Assembly (NCBI GenBank): GCA_009914755.4 | Contig: CP086569.2 | Coordinates: 13,920,001-13,984,000 of the forward strand | Reading direction: 5' to 3' | Source: the human T2T-CHM13v2.0 reference genome, Homo sapiens | Length of the DNA: 64,000 nucleotides | Shown here: positions 1 to 14,940 of the stretch, one piece after another | Layout of the letters: each line of letters starts with the position of its first letter | Position numbering within the stretch: position 1 is the first letter of the stretch | Translations under genes and position numbers: made by a program | The notes under the pieces: model-generated | Seen by the model: only the letters and a program-made list of their open reading frames with translations | Database searches by the model: none | Told to the model about the DNA's origin: nothing

Positions 1-320
1 TTTTGGTGGCCTATTGTGAATTTCAAAATAAAGTCACGCACTGAGAATATAATTCCATTAGAGATAATTTCTCTATTTAAATATTTATCTTATAAAGAAA
101 AAAGAGAAAAACATTTTTATCTTATCAGTAAGTTTATTTTTAAAGATCATATTAATAGGCAGAAAAATCGATCAGTATACTTTTAGAATTTTCCATATTT
201 TTATATTCATGATAAAAGGTAGTATTAGAAACTTAGAGAAAAGTTTGTTACTTTAAAATGTTGCAAACTTGTACCTATTAAAGGTTTATATGTTTTTCTT
301 TTTAAAAAATTGTATTTCAT

Positions 321-588
321 TTTTGAAACGGGGTCTCCTCTGTCAGTCAGACTGGTGTGCAGTGGCATGATCTCAGCTTACTGCAACCTATCCTTTCTGG
401 GCTCAAGCCTCCCAAGTGGCTGGGACCATAGGCATGTGCCATCACACTTGGCTAATTTTTTCTATTTTTTGTAATGATGGGGTTTCGCCATGTTGCCCAA
501 GCTAGTCTTCAACTCCTAGATTCAAGCAATCTGCTTGCTGCAGCCTCCCAAAATGCTGAGATTGCAGGTATGAGCCACTTCACCCAAC
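321..588 (-). mobile_element. Alu SINE (older AluS/J-like), reverse orientation
   Basis: Reads as reverse complement of the Alu consensus: ...gagacgg/ggtctcctctgtcagtcagactggtgtgcagtggc ... gcctcccaaaatgctgagattgcaggtatgagccac. Dimeric structure with A-rich linker as T-run on + strand. Confidence 0.9.
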
Positions 589-599
589 ATTATGTTCTA

Positions 600-2250
600 T
601 TTTTTATTGACAAGTAAAAATTATATATCTTTATAGTCTACAGTATGATGTTTTGACATATGCATACATGGTGGAATCGCTAGATTGAGCTAATTTGAAT
701 ATACATTTTACCTCACATAATTTTGAGAAAAGTTAAGATCTGCTTCCTTAGCAATTTTCTCTTTTTTTGTTGTTGTTTAAATATAGAAACAAATGTGTTT
801 ATTTTCCCATGTGGTCTGTTTTTTTCTGAGTGGCTTTTGAAAATGGACACATAATAATTGTGTATGTGTATGACGTATACCCTAATATTTTGATCCATGC
901 ATGCAATGTGTAATGATTAAATCAGGGTGTTAGCGTATCCATCCCCTAAAACACTGTTCATTTATTGGTGTTGGGAATAATAAGAATCTTCTTTTCTAGC
1001 TATTTTAGAATATACAATAAATTAACTATACTCACTCTGTGGTGCTACAGAACACTAGAGTTTATTTTACCTATCTAGCTGTAATTTACACAGTTAACTA
1101 ATCTGTTAACTAATATCTCCATATTCTCCCCTCCTGTATCCTTACAGCCTCTAATAACTACCATTTTTATTGTGTACTTCTGTGAAATTAAATTTTTTAG
1201 CTTTTACATACTAGTGAGAGCACATAATATGTATCTCTCTGTGCCAGTTTTATTTCACTAACATTTTGTCCTCCAGGCTCATCCATGTTGCAATAAATGA
1301 GAGTTTTGTTGTTTTCAGGGCTAAATAGTATTCTATTGTTTATACATATGCCACATTTTCTTTATCCATTAATTTACTTGGGAACGTTTAGGTTGATTCC
1401 ATAATTGATTATCGTGAATAGTTCTGCAATAAATGTGGCAGTGTAGATGTGTCTTTGACATACTGATTTGTATTCCTTTGGATATGTACCCAGAAGTAGA
1501 ATTACTGGACTACATGGTAATTTTATTTTTACTTTTTTCAGAAACCTTCATATAGTTTGCCATAGACATTTCAGGTGTCTTTCCATGATTTTGTGTTTTC
1601 TTCATTTCTTTTAGCAAAGTTTCATTGTTTTCAGTTTTTAGCTCTTTTACCTTCGTGTTTATTCTACATATTTTAATTTTTGTAACTACTTTAAATGTGT
1701 TGTTTCTTTGATTTTTTAACAGTTTGTTGTTAGCATATAAAAATGCAATTTATTTTGGTATATTAATTTTGTAGCCTGCAACTTTACTGAATTTGTTTCT
1801 TAGTTCTTACAGTTTATGGTGAAGATTTTAGGGTTCTCTGTTTAAGATCATATCACCTGCAAACAAAGACAATTTAACTGCTTCTTTACCTATTTGAACC
1901 TTTTGTTCTCTTGACTAATTCTCTGGCTAGAACTTCCAGTATAATGTTGAATAGAAGTGGTGAGAGTGGGCATCCTTGTCTTGTTTCTGATCTTAGAAGA
2001 AAAGCTTTTAATCTTTCACCAATAAGTATGATGCTAACTGTGGGCCTCTCATAAATGGTGTTTATTGTGTTAAGCTACAATTTGTCTATACATAACTTGT
2101 TGGAAGTTTCTTTAATTATAAAAGGATAGTGAATATTGTCAGAAGTTTTTCTTTACATGTTTGGAAATAATAATGTTGTATTTATTTATTCTGTTAATGT
2201 ATCACATTTATCAATAAGCCGATGTTAAAAATCTCCTACAATCACACTTA
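600..2250 (-). mobile_element. Old L1 (L1M/L1PB-like) 3' portion, antisense: 3'UTR plus ORF2 C-terminal region
   Basis: Antisense matches to L1 ORF2 C-terminal/3'UTR blocks. Examples: ccattaatttacttgggaacgtttaggttgattccataattgattatcgtgaatagttctgcaataaatgtgg; ggcatccttgtcttgtttctg near 1970. Diverged from the young L1 consensus. Confidence 0.55.
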
Positions 2251-3883
2251 GTCATGGTATACAATATTTTAATGTACTGTTTGTAAACCAAAAATAAAAT
2301 TCTGAGACCTCCACCCCAACTATCTGAACGGACTTCGTCTTTGGCCACAGTACTCTAAAATTTAATCTGAAAGACTGGTTCATGCCATGATAGGAAGTGG
2401 GGTGGGCATGCCTCATTCTACCCCTCCAGCATTAACATCAACACACACCTTAAGTCTAATAAGAAACTTACAATTTATTCTCTCTGAAGCCTGCTACCTG
2501 GAGGCTTCATCTGCATAATAAAACTGGTCCCCACAACCCCTTATCATAACCCAGAGATTCATTTTTATGGATAATAACCATTTCAACAAATTGCGAATCA
2601 GATAAATTTTAAATCTACCTATAACCTGGAAGCTCCCACCCACTTCAAGTTGTCTTACCTTTCTGGACTCAACCAGTGTATATCCTAAGCATATTGAATG
2701 ATGTCTTACGTCTCCCTAAAATGAGACCACCTTGGGGCATATACACTTAGGTTCTCCTGAGGGCTATGTCGTGGGCCATCATCACTCATATTTGTCTCAG
2801 AATAAATCTCCTCAAATATTTTACAGAGCTTGATTGTTTTTGTTGACATGTTGAATTATGTTTGTTAGTATATTTTAGAAGGATTTTGTATCTGTGCTTT
2901 TTGCAGTGTTTTTATCTGTGTTGGTATCAATGTAATCATAGCCTCTTGAAAAGAGTTTTGAAGTATCCACTGTTCTTCAAGTTTTTGAAAGAGTTTGTGA
3001 AGAATAGTTTAGATTAAAAAAATTAGATAGAATTTAATAGGAATGCCATTTTTAGTTGCTCAGCTTTCCTTTGGTTTTTAAAAATTATTATTATTACTGA
3101 TTCAATCTCCTTCCTCATTTTTGGTCTGCTCAGATTTTCTGTTTCCTTAGGATTCAGTTTGGTTGATTGGATATTTCTAGGAATTTATTTATTTATTCAT
3201 TTTTCCTTCCAACTTTAATTTTAGATTCATGGGGTACATGCATAGGTTTGCTATATAGGTAAATTGTGTGTAATGGTGATTTGGTGTACAGATTATTTCT
3301 GCTATCCAGGTAATGAGCATAGTACCCAATAGGTAGTTTTTAAATCCTCTTTCTCCCACATTCCATCCTCAGGTAGGCCCTAGGGTCTATTGTTCCCTTC
3401 TTTGTGTTCACTTGTATTCATACACGCATGTGTATTAGCCCCCACTTATAAGTGAGAACATGTGATCTTTGGTTTTCTGTTTCTGTGTCTATTTGCTTAG
3501 AATAATGGCCTCTAGCTCCATCCACCTTGCTACAAAGGACGTGATTTCATTGTTTTTATGACTGCATAGTATTCCATGGTATGTATGTACTATATTTTCA
3601 TATCCAATCCACTCTTGATGGACACCTAGGTTGATTCCATTACTTTGCTATTGTGAATAGCACCGCAATAAATATGCAGGTGCACGTGTCTTTTTGATAG
3701 AATGAATTATTTTTCTTTGGATGTATACCCAGTACTGAGATTGCTGGGTTGACTGGTAGTTCTATTTTAAGTTCTTTGAGAAACTTCCAAACTGCTTTCC
3801 ACAGTGGCTGAACTATTTTGCACTCTCACTAACAGTGGATAAGTGTTACTGTTTCTTGGCAGTGTTTCCAGCATCTGTTTGTG

Positions 3884-4167
3884 TTTTTTTTGAGACTGAG
3901 TCTCACTCTGTTGTCCAGGCTGGAGTGCAGTGGTACAATGTTGGTCTCACTGCAGCCTCCACCTCCCTGGTTCAAGCTATTCTCCTGCTTCAGCCTCCCA
4001 AGTAGCTGGGATTACAGGCATGTTCCACCATGCCTGGCTAATTTTTTAGTAGAGACAGATTTTTGCCATGTTGGCTAGGCTAGTCTTGAACTCCTGACCT
4101 CAGTTGATCCACCTGCCTCAGCCTCCTAAGGGGCTGGGATTACAGGTGTGAGCCACAATGCCTACCA
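3884..4167 (-). mobile_element. Alu SINE, reverse orientation
   Basis: Poly-T then gagactgagtctcactctgttgtccaggctggagtgcagtgg ... gggattacaggtgtgagccacaatgcctacc. Confidence 0.9.
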
Positions 4168-4179
4168 CATCTGTTATTT

Positions 4180-4478
4180 TTTTACTTTTTTTTTTTGTGA
4201 CATATTCTCCCTCTGTTGCCCAGGCTGGAGTGCAGTGGCACAATCTTGGCTCACTGCAACTTCCACCTTCCAGTTTCTAAGTGGTTCTCCTCCCTCAGTT
4301 TCCAGAGTAGTTGAGATTACAGGCACGCACCACCATGCCTGGCTAATTTTGTATTTTTAGTAGATGTGGGGTTTTGCCATGTTGGCCAGGCTGGTCTTGA
4401 ACTCCAGACCTCAGGTGATCCACCTGCCTTGGCCTCTGAGAATGCTGGGAATATAGGCGTGAGCCACTGTGCCCGGCC
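4180..4478 (-). mobile_element. Alu SINE, reverse orientation, 12 bp downstream of the previous Alu
   Basis: Poly-T then gtgacatattctccctctgttgcccaggctggagtgcagtggc ... ggcgtgagccactgtgcccggcc. A further 19-nt T-run follows at 4479-4497. Confidence 0.9.
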
Positions 4479-5940
4479 TTTTTTTTTTTTTTTTTTACTT
4501 TTGAATAACAGCCATTCTGACTAGTGTGAGATGGTATCGCATTGTGGGTTTTTTTTCCCCCTCCTTTCCCTCCTTCCTGTTTTGGTTCTCTGATGATTAG
4601 TTATGTTGAGCACCTTGTCATGTTTGTTGGCTACTTGTGCATTCTTTGAGAAGGGTCTGTTCATGTCCTTTGCCTACTTTTTAAATTCGATTTTTTGTTT
4701 TGTGCCTGTTGGTTTGTGTAACTTCCTTGTAAATTCTAGATACTAAACGTTGTCAGTTGCATAGTTTCCAGATATTTTCTGCCATTCTCTAGGTTGCCTG
4801 TTTACTCCATTGAAAATTTCTTTTGCTATGCATAAGCTCTTTAATTATACTCTACTTGTCAGTTTTTTGTTTCAATTGCTTTTGGGGTCTTAGCCATAAA
4901 TTCTTTGTCAAAGCGTATGTCAAGAAGGGCATTTCCCAGGTTATCTCCTAGAATTTTTATAGCTTGAAGTGTTACATTCAAATCTTTAATTCATCTTCAG
5001 TTAGTTCTCATATATGATGAGAGATGGGAGTCCAGTGCCATTCTTCTGCATATTGCTGGCCAATTATTCCAGCACAATTTATTGAATAGGGAGTCCTTTC
5101 CCCTTTGCCTATTTTTACTGATTTTGTCCATGATCAGATGGTTGTAGGTGTGCAACTTTATTTCTGGGTTATCTTTTTTTGTTCCACTGCTGTATGTGTC
5201 TGTTTTTGTAGCAGTACCACGCTGTTTTGATTATTGTGGCTTTCTGAAGTTGGGCAATGTGATGCCTGTGGCCTTGTTCTTTCTGCTTAGGATTTCTTTG
5301 GCTATTCAGACTCTTTTTTATTCCAGATGAATTGCAGAATAGATTTTTCCAGTTCTGCTTTGTGGTTCTCTTTATAAAGGTCTTTTACCTCCTTGGTTAG
5401 ATTAATTCCTACATATTTCATTTTCTTTGTGGCTATTGTAAATAGATTCTGTTCTTGATTGGTTCTCAGCTATAATGTTTATTGGTATATAAAAATAGTA
5501 AAATAAAAATACTGATTTCTCTACATTGGTTTTGTGTCCTAAAACTTTACTGAAAACTTTGGTTTTCAGTCCCAGGAGTCTTTCGGTGAAGTCCTGAGGA
5601 TTTTCTAGATATAGATCTTATCATTGGCAAAGAGAGGTAGTTTGACTTCTTTTCTTATTGGGATGACTATTACATCTTTCTCTTGGCTGATTGCTCTGGC
5701 TAGGATGTCTGTTTGTATGTTAAATAGGCATGCTAGGAGTGGGCATCCTTTTCTTGCTCCAATTCTCAACCGGAGTCGTTCCAGCTTTTGCTCATTTATT
5801 ATGATGTTAGCTGTGTATATATCACAGACGGTTCTTGCTATTTTGAAAAATGTTTCTTGAATGCCTACTCTGTCAAGAGTTTTATCATGAAGTGATTATA
5901 CTGAAAGCTTTTTCTTCATCTGTTGAGATCATATGGTTGT

Positions 5941-6172
5941 TTTGTTTGTTTGAGACAGGATCTTGGTCTGTTGCCCAGGCTGGATTGCGGTGTCACAATC
6001 ATGTCTCACTGCAGCTTCAATCTTCCAGTCTCAAACAATCTTCCCATCCCAGGCTACCAAGTAGCTGGGACTACAGGTGTGTGCCACCATGCCCGGCTAG
6101 TTTTTGTATTTTTTGTAGAAATGGGGTCCAACTATGTTGTCTGGTCTGGTTTCAAACTCTTGGGCTCAAGCA
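5941..6172 (-). mobile_element. Alu SINE fragment, reverse orientation, partial
   Basis: tttgtttgtttgagacaggatcttggtctgttgcccaggctggattgcggtg ... ends inside the left monomer (cttgggctcaagcaa). Confidence 0.8.
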
Positions 6173-8207
6173 AAATGATTATATATTTTTGTTTTTTATT
6201 CTGTTTCATGTGAATCACATTTATTATGTATTTATTGCTTATGTTGAACCAACCTTGCATCCCAGCAATAAAACCTATTTACTTGAGATAAATTAACTTT
6301 TTCATGTGCTGCTAAATTTGGTTTGCTAGTATTTTGTTGAGGATTTTTGCATCTGTGATCATCAGAGATATTGGCTTGTAATTTTCTTTTTTTCTGCCTC
6401 TGCCAGATTTTGCTATCAAGCTGATACTTGCTTCATAGAATAAGCTAGGGAAAAACTCCCTTATTGTCAATAGTTTGGAAAAGTTTCAGTAGGACTTGTA
6501 TCATTTCTTTGTACATCTATTAGAATTTGGCTGGTCTTTTTACTTGACAGGTTTTTTATGACTGATTCAATTTCTGAACTGTTAATTGGTCTGTTTAGAT
6601 TTTTACTTTACTTTCTTCATGCAGTGGAATGATTCAATATCGGGAGGATTGTGTTTCTAGGAAGCTACCCATTTTCTCTAGATTTTCTAATTTGTATGCA
6701 TGGAAGTGTTCATAAGAGTCTCTGTGGATCTTTTGTGTTTCTCTGTGATCAGCTGTAATGTCATCTTTTTCATTTCTGATTGTGCTTATTTGCACCTTCT
6801 CTCTCTCTTTTTTTCTTTCAAATCTAGCACTATAAATTTTCCTCGGTAAGTTTTACACTGCTTTGGTGACATCTCAAAGGTTTTGGTAAGTTGTCTCTAT
6901 TTTCATTAATTTCATATAATTTTTTTCATTTCAGCCTTAATTTTATTGTTTACCTAAGAGTTATTTATGAACAACTTGTTTAAATTTTATGTTTCTGTAT
7001 AGTTTATAAAAATATGCTTTTTATCAAATTACTGTAAATTATAGATAGATTAAAAGAAACGAATTCTTATATTGGGAAAACAAAGTATTTCAGCAAAGGA
7101 TCAATAATGTTTCAAATAATAATAACACTATCTTCATCAATTATTTCATATCATGGAATATCATTACCTTTTGTTTGGCTTGATCTTAATAAGTAGTTTT
7201 ATAAACCCACCAGTTTTTTAAAATTAAAATTCTATAAATTTTGTGTATTCATCTCAATTTCAATTTTAATTTTAGACTAAAGAGTATATTTGCAAGTTTG
7301 TTACATGGGTATATTGTGTGATATTGAGGTTTGGGGTTCAAATGATGCTGTCATCCAGATAATGACTAGAATACCCAAAAGGCAGACTGGCCCTTTTACT
7401 ATTTTCTCTCTTCCCCTTGTACCAGTCCCCAGTGTCTTTTTACCCATCTTTATGTCCATGCATACTCAATGTGTACCTCCAATTTATCAGTGAGAACTTG
7501 TAGGACTTAGTTTTCTGTTCCTGTGTTAATTCACTTGGGATTATGGCCTCCAGCACCAACCATGTTGCTGAAAGGACAAGATTTCATTTGTTTTATGACT
7601 GTGTGGTATTCCCTGGTAGGAATGTAACACAGTTTATTTATTTATTTAATTTTCAAATTTACTCTTGATGGGCACCTGGGTAGATTTCATGTCTTTGCCA
7701 TTGTGACTAGAGCAGCAAAGAAAATACTTATGTATGTGTCTTTTTGGTAGAATGCTTTATTTTCCTTACGGTATACACCTAATAATGGGATGGCTGGGTC
7801 ACATGGTAGATCTGTTTTAAGTTCTTTGAGAGATCTTTAAACTGCTTTTCACTGTGACTGGAGTAACTTCATGTGTATTCCCACCAACAGTGTATAAGCA
7901 TTCCCTTTTCTCCACATCCTCATCAGCATCTGTTGTTTATTATCTTAAACATTCTGACTGATGTGAGTTGGTATGTCATTGTGGTTTTGATTTGATTTGC
8001 ATTTCATTCTTTCATATGTTTGGTGGCAACCGTATGTCTTCTCTCGAGATGTGTCTGTTCATATCCTTTGCCCATTTTTTAAATGGAGTTATTTGGTTTT
8101 TTGCTTGTTAATTTGTTTAAGATCCCTATAGATTCTAGACATTAGGTCCTTGTCAGATGCATAGTTTGTGAATATCTTCTTTCATTCTGCAGGTTTTTTG
8201 CTATGGT

Positions 8208-8274
8208 CTCCCTCCTTCCCTTCCTCCCTCCCTCCCTCCCTCCTTCTCCTCCACCTCTCTCTCTCTCTTTCCTT

Positions 8275-8275
<1 letters not shown>
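8208..8275. repeat. (TCCC)n / CT-rich simple repeat
   Basis: ctccctccttcccttcctccctccctccctccctccttctcctccacctctctctctctctttccttc. The supplied ORFs over it (GGGEGGREGG and LPPSLLLL) are translations of this repeat. Confidence 0.95.
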
Positions 8276-8561
<286 letters not shown>

Positions 8562-11540
8562 AATAGTTTCTTTTGGTGTGCAGAAGCTCTTTAGTTTAAT
8601 TAGTTTTCACTTGCTTATTTTGGTTTCTGTTTCAATTTCTTTTGGGGATTTAACAAAAATTATTTGCCAAGGGTGATATTAAGAAGATTTCCTAGGTTGT
8701 CTTCCAGAATTTGTATAGTTCAAGTTCTTACACTTGAATCTTTTTCCATTTAGAGTTACTTTTCTATATGGTGAAAGGTAAGGATCCAGCTTCAATCTTC
8801 TGCATATGGCCAGCCAGTTACCCTGGCAATATTTATTGAATAGGGAATCTTTTCTCTCTTGTTTATTTTGATGGGCCTTATCAAACATCAGGTGGTTGTA
8901 GGTGTGCAACTTTGTTTCTGAGTTTTCTAATTTGTTCCCTTCATCTATGTGTACATTTTTGTAATACTACCAAGTTTTTTGGTTACTGTGGCTTTATAGT
9001 ATAATTCAAAGTCAGGTAGTGTAATGTCTCTAGCTTTGTTCTTTTTGCTTAGGATTGCTTTGGCTATTTGGGCTCTTTTTTGCTTCCATATGAATTTTAG
9101 AATAGTTTTCTGTCATTCTATGAGGAATAACACTGGTAATTTATTTAAAAATAGCTTTGAATCTGTAAATTGCTTTGAGCAGTATGGTCATTTTTATGAT
9201 ATTGAGTCTTCCAATCCATGAGCATAAGATGTATTTTCCTATGTCTGTGTCATCTCTGATTTCTTTCAGTGATGTTTTACAGTTTCCTTGTAGCCATCTT
9301 TCACTTCCCTCATTAGCTGTATTTCTAGGTATTTCATTTTCTTTGTGGCTGTTGCAATGGGGATTCTGTTCTCAGTTTCATTCTAAGACTGGATATTGTT
9401 GGTGTTACAAATGGTATTGATTTTTTCACATTGACTTTGTATCCTGAAACTTTACTAAAATCATTTATAAGTTCTAGGAAGTCTTTGGCAGAGTCTTCAG
9501 GATTTCCGAGGTATATAATCATATTGCCCGTGAAGAGGGATAGTTTGACTTTGTTTCTTATTTGGATGTCTTTATTCTTTCTCTTGCCTGATTGCTCTGG
9601 CTAGGATTATCAGTACTTTGTTGAATAGGAGTTGTGAGAGACGGCATCCTTGTCTTGTGCCAGTTCTCAAGGGGAATGGTTCCGGCTTCTGTCCATTCAG
9701 TATGATGTTGGCTGTTTGCTTTTTATAAATGGCTCTTATAATTCTGAGGTATGTTCCTTTATTATTCCTTATAATATATATTATAATCAATAGTATAATA
9801 TTATTTATTATTATTGTACTTTTGAGTGTTTGTATAAAGAATGGAGGTTGGATTTTACTGAAAGCTGTGTCTATTGTATGGTTTTTGTTTTTTATTCTGT
9901 TTATGTGGTAAATCACATTTATTGATTTGTATATGTTGAGCCACTCTTATATGCCAGAAAGCAAGCCTACTTGATTATGACAAATTAACATTTTGATGTG
10001 CTGCTAAATTTGATTTGCTAGTATTTTGTTGAGAATTTTTGGCACCTATGTTCTTCAGGGATATTGGCCTGAAATTTTCTTTCTTTGTCATGTCTCTGCT
10101 AGATTTTGGCTACCAGGGTGATGTTGGTTTCATAGAATGAGTTGGGTAGAGTCCTTTCTCCTTGAGTTTTTAGAATAGTTGGAGTAGGATTGGTACCAGT
10201 TCTTTATATATCTGGTAGAATTTGGCTGTGAATTCATGTGGTTTTACATTTACATTTTTTGTTTTACATTTTTTGGTTGGTAGGTTCTTTATTACAGATT
10301 CAACTTCAGGGTTCCTTTCTGTCTGATTCAATGTTGCGAGATTGTGTGTCTCCATAAATTTATCCATTTGCTCTAGATTTTCCAATTTGTGAAGCTTAGT
10401 TTGTCAGAATATGAAATTTTTTATTAGAGTTTCTTTTCTATAAGTACACTAAAAATAGACACCCCTCCCCCTCAATCTCTTTGGCTTACAGGGTTTCTGC
10501 TGAGAAGCCTGCATAGCATTTCCTCTGTAGGTGACCTACCCTTTCTCTCTAGCTGCCTTTAAGATTTTTTTCTTTTGTATTTACCCTGTGGAATCTGATG
10601 ATGATGTGCCTTGGGGATGGAAGTCCTGTATTGTACTTGACTAGGGCTCTCTATATTTCTCGTATTTGCATGTCAACTTCTGATTAGGCAAATTTTTGTG
10701 GACTATATATGAGGAAATTTTGTGGAAAATATCAAGTATATTTTCCAAGTTGCTTATTTTCTCTTATTTCTCAGGAATGCTGATGAGTCACAGATTTTGT
10801 CTCTTTACATAATTTGATATTTCTGAGAGGTTTTGTTCATTTCTGTTAATTCCATTTTCTTTATTTTTGTCTGGCTGAGTTTATTCCAAGAACTTATCTC
10901 TGAGCTTTGAGATTCTTACCTCAGCTTGGCCTATTCTCTTGTAATACTTCCAATTGTATTATGAAATTCTTGTAGTGAATTTCAATAGGTTTTAGAATTT
11001 CAGTATGAAACTTTATTAAAATGGTTATTTTGTGTGTCAGTCCTTGAACGATTTTAGTGGATGGCTTGGCTTTCTTGAACTGAGTTTCAACTTTCTCCTT
11101 GATCTCATTGAGCTTCTTTGCCATCTAGACTCTGAATTCTGTGTTTGTCATTTCAGAAAATTCAGACTGATAAGGAACCATTACTGGGGACCTAGTGGAT
11201 GTGTTTGCAAGTTAGGGGACTGTCTAGCTTTTTGAATTGCTAGACTTCTCATGCTGATTCTTTCTCATTTAAGAGGGACTGTAGTCCTTCAATTGTGGTA
11301 TAATTTGAGAACAGTTAGTTGGGTTCATTTCTGGAAGTTTTCAGAGGGCTAACACTCTATACATGGTCCTTGCTTTGAATTCTTGCTTTTGGTTTCACTG
11401 AGGGGAAAATTAGTAGTGGTTTTTTGGTTGTTTGGGCTGAGATCATGTAGGAGATGATGCTTGAGAGCAGCAATGGGCAGTAGATGGGCTCTTGCTCAAG
11501 CACGTGGGTTCCATAGGTATCCTGATATTTGCAGCTGTGC

Positions 11541-11896
11541 AGCTCCCACTTCAGCCCACTAACCTGTGTGATGCAGTCCTCTCAGTTTTCTGAATGTGGG
11601 CTCCTCCCCTAGTCAAGGGGGAGAGAGGTGACTGCCTCACCACATCTGCTCATTTACCTTAGCAAAATGACCCTCAATCACTGTCCCTGTGCCCACAATT
11701 TTGTTTGTTGTTGTTGTTGTTAGGTCTTCCAGGCTGCAGTGCTCTCTTGAGGGGAGGTCTGGTAGGGAAATAGGCTACATGTTTAACGGACCAACCCTGT
11801 GGAGGGATGCATACCTAGGTCCCACTTCAGCCCATGAACCTGTGTGATGCAGCCCTCTCAGTTTGCTGAATGTGGTCTCCTCCCCTAATCAAGTGC
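11541..11896. repeat. About 280-bp period direct repeat inside the antisense L1 5'UTR
   Basis: gctcccacttcagcccactaacctgtgtgatgcagtcctctcagttttctgaatgtgggctcctcccctagtcaagg at 11541-11617 recurs as ggtcccacttcagcccatgaacctgtgtgatgcagccctctcagtttgctgaatgtggtctcctcccctaatcaagtgcc at 11819-11896. Confidence 0.7.
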
Positions 11897-12207
11897 CAAG
11901 CACAGATCCAAGCTCAACATTCCTAAGTCACAGGCAGCAGTCCCGGATGTGAGGTCTTGTGGGTGGCTCCCTCCTCTAGACACTCAAGATTTGGTTCTGG
12001 TTGTGGTGGGGGATCAGAAGAGCTCCCAGGCTGTGTAGTCAGGTGAAGCAAAGCGCCTAGGGTGGACACGGGAGGCTGCACTGTGTACATATTCTTATGG
12101 GGCAGCTAGGCAGGAACCCTGAGAGAGGCTAGAAGGCTGGAAGGCCTGCAGGACAGACATGCCCCAGTCCCATGGGGAAGCAGGCCCTGCTTTCTCCCCA
12201 GTGGTTA

Positions 12208-12777
<570 letters not shown>

Positions 12778-12999
12778 TCAGGGTCAAAATCAGCCATAGC
12801 ATTCAGATAGTTCATGCAGAGTCCCTAGCTTTCTTCATCTGCAGCCTAGGCATCTGCATTTTTCTTCATCTGCATTTGGTGTCTTCTCTCAGAAGCTGTG
12901 TTCAAATTATGCTGATGTAGTCAAAATCATGGTGTCACTCTGTGGAAGTGGTACTTGCTAGCTGCATCTAGTGAGCCATCTTGGAGATAAACCTCTGTT

Positions 13000-14940
13000 T
13001 GGGTCTTTAAATCTAAATTATTTTGTAGACAACACATACTTGCATTCCTGTTTTGTTATGTTTTGTCTTGTATTTTTAACCATTCATGAATTTCTGTGTT
13101 TTGATTAGATAATTTAATTCATTTACATTTAAAAAATCAATCATAAGGAAGAACTTATTTCTACCAATTTGCTACTTATATTTTTATGCTCTACACCTTT
13201 TTGTTCCTTCTTTTCTACATTACTGCCTTTGTGTTTAGGTGATTTTTGGTAATAAGCAGTTGCCATTTTTTTCTAATTTTCTTTTGTGTATATGTTATAA
13301 CTATTTTGTTCGTAGTTGCCATAAGAATTATTTATAACACTATACTTTGAATTTATAGCAAGTTTGTTTTAATAGCATACAAAAATTCTGCTCCTATAAC
13401 TATCATCAGTACCTAAATTCTATCCGGTATTGATGTCACAAAATTGCTTCCTACTGAATTGAGTGTCCAAAGTGGATGTTTTTGCATTAATGTTGAAATA
13501 ATGTTGACAACAAAACAGGGAGTCAAAGACCAAAGTTAAATAGTACTATCTTTTACATTTCATTTACTTTGGCCATAAGGCTTCATTTTTTCTTTTACTT
13601 ACTCTCTAGTGCTCTTTCATTTCAACCTGAAGTACTATTTTTAGTGGAAAGTAGAAAAAAGTCTAGTGGTAATAACTTCCATGGAAAGTCTAGTGGTAAT
13701 AAACTCCCTCAGCTTTTATTTATCTGAGGATAGCTTGATAACTTAATTTCTTCCTTATTTAGAAGACAGTTTTGCTGGATTTAGAATTCAAAGTTGACAG
13801 ATTGTTTTTCTTTCAATATTTTGATTATTAACCTATTTCCTTCTTGCCTCCAAGTTTTCTGATAAAATATCTGCTCGCATTCTTAATAAAGATGCTTTGT
13901 ATGTGGCAAGTCATTTTTCTCTCTGACTTCAAACTCGCTTAGTCTTTGACAAGTTTGATTATAAAGTGTGTAGATGTAGGTTTCTTTGAGTTCATTCTAC
14001 TTGGAAGTCATTGAACTTTTTGAATGTTTATATTCATGTATTTTCTCAAAATTTCAGTTTTCAGCCATTATTTCTTCAAATAATCCCCCCACTCCCTCCT
14101 TCCCTCTTTTCCTTCTTTCCTTCCTTCCTCTGGAACTCCAGAGTGTCTATGTTGGTCTGCCTGATGGGGTCCCATATGTGCCTTAGGCTCTATTTACTTT
14201 TCTTCAATATTTTTCTTTAATACATTTTTTTCCATCATCAACTTTTCTGATACTTTCTTCTGTGTGCTCAAATCTGCTTTTGAACCCCTCTAGTAAATTT
14301 TTTACCTCTGTAGTGAAAATACAGTTCAGTTCAGAATTTCTTTTTGGTTCCTTTCTATGTTTTTTTTTCTTTTTTTTTTTTTTTGTGAGACACAGTTTCA
14401 CTCTTTCACCCAGGCTAGAGTGAAGTAGCATGATCTTGGCTCGCTGTAACCTGTTCCACCCAGGTTCAAGTGATTCTCCTCCCTCAGTCTCCCCAGTAGC
14501 TGGGATTACAGGCACCTGCCACCATGCTCGGCTAATTTTTGTATTTTTAGTAGAGAATGGGTTTCACCATATTGGTCAGACTGGTCTCAAACTCCTGACC
14601 TCAGGTGATCCCCCAACCTTGGCCTCCCAAAGTGCTAGGATTTACAGGCATGAGCCACTGCGCCCAGCCTGTTTTCTATTTTTAATTTATATTTATATTT
14701 TGTTCACACATCATTTTCTTGAATTTGTCCATGTGTTTCTTTTACTCTTTAACCATCTTTTAAACAGTTGGTTTAATACCTTTGTCTAATAAGTCTGCCA
14801 TCTGATCTTTCTCAGAGTTTTTTCTGTTTATATTTTCCTTTAAATGAGCCACACTTTTTTGTTTCTTGGTAGGCCTTATGTTGTTTGTTGAAAGCTGGAT
14901 ATTTGAATCTTAAAATGTACGTGCCCTGAAAATCAGATTG
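13000..14940 (-). mobile_element. Ancient L1 (L1M-like) fragment, antisense, highly diverged
   Basis: Weak antisense resemblance to the L1 ORF1/ORF2 junction region (gttttgctggatttagaattcaaagttgacagattgtttttctttcaatattttgatt). Split by an Alu at 14361-14669. Low-complexity TCC-rich patch at 14090-14150. Confidence 0.4.
14361..14669 (-). mobile_element. Alu SINE, reverse orientation
   Basis: Long T-run then gtgagacacagtttcactctttcacccaggctagagtgaagtagcatgatcttggctcgctgtaacc ... gcatgagccactgcgcccagcc. Confidence 0.9.

Larger units (their letters stand above)
3185..7030 (-). mobile_element. L1 (L1PB/older L1PA-like), antisense, 3' end to mid-ORF2, 5' truncated; interrupted by three Alu insertions
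   Basis: The L1 3'-end antisense block starts at about 3185 (T-rich, then ggggtacatgcataggtttgctatataggtaa...). It continues through antisense ORF2 blocks: acttataagtgagaacatgtg, ccattctgactagtgtgagatggtatcgcattgtgg, ttgaaccaaccttgcatcccagc. Confidence 0.75.

Noticed and set aside
4479-4497. 19-nt T-run immediately after the second tandem Alu
   Set aside because: On the minus-strand Alu this lies at the Alu 5' end, not at its tail. It is most likely an A-rich target site or a remnant tail of a third, otherwise deleted, insertion. It is not interpretable from sequence alone.
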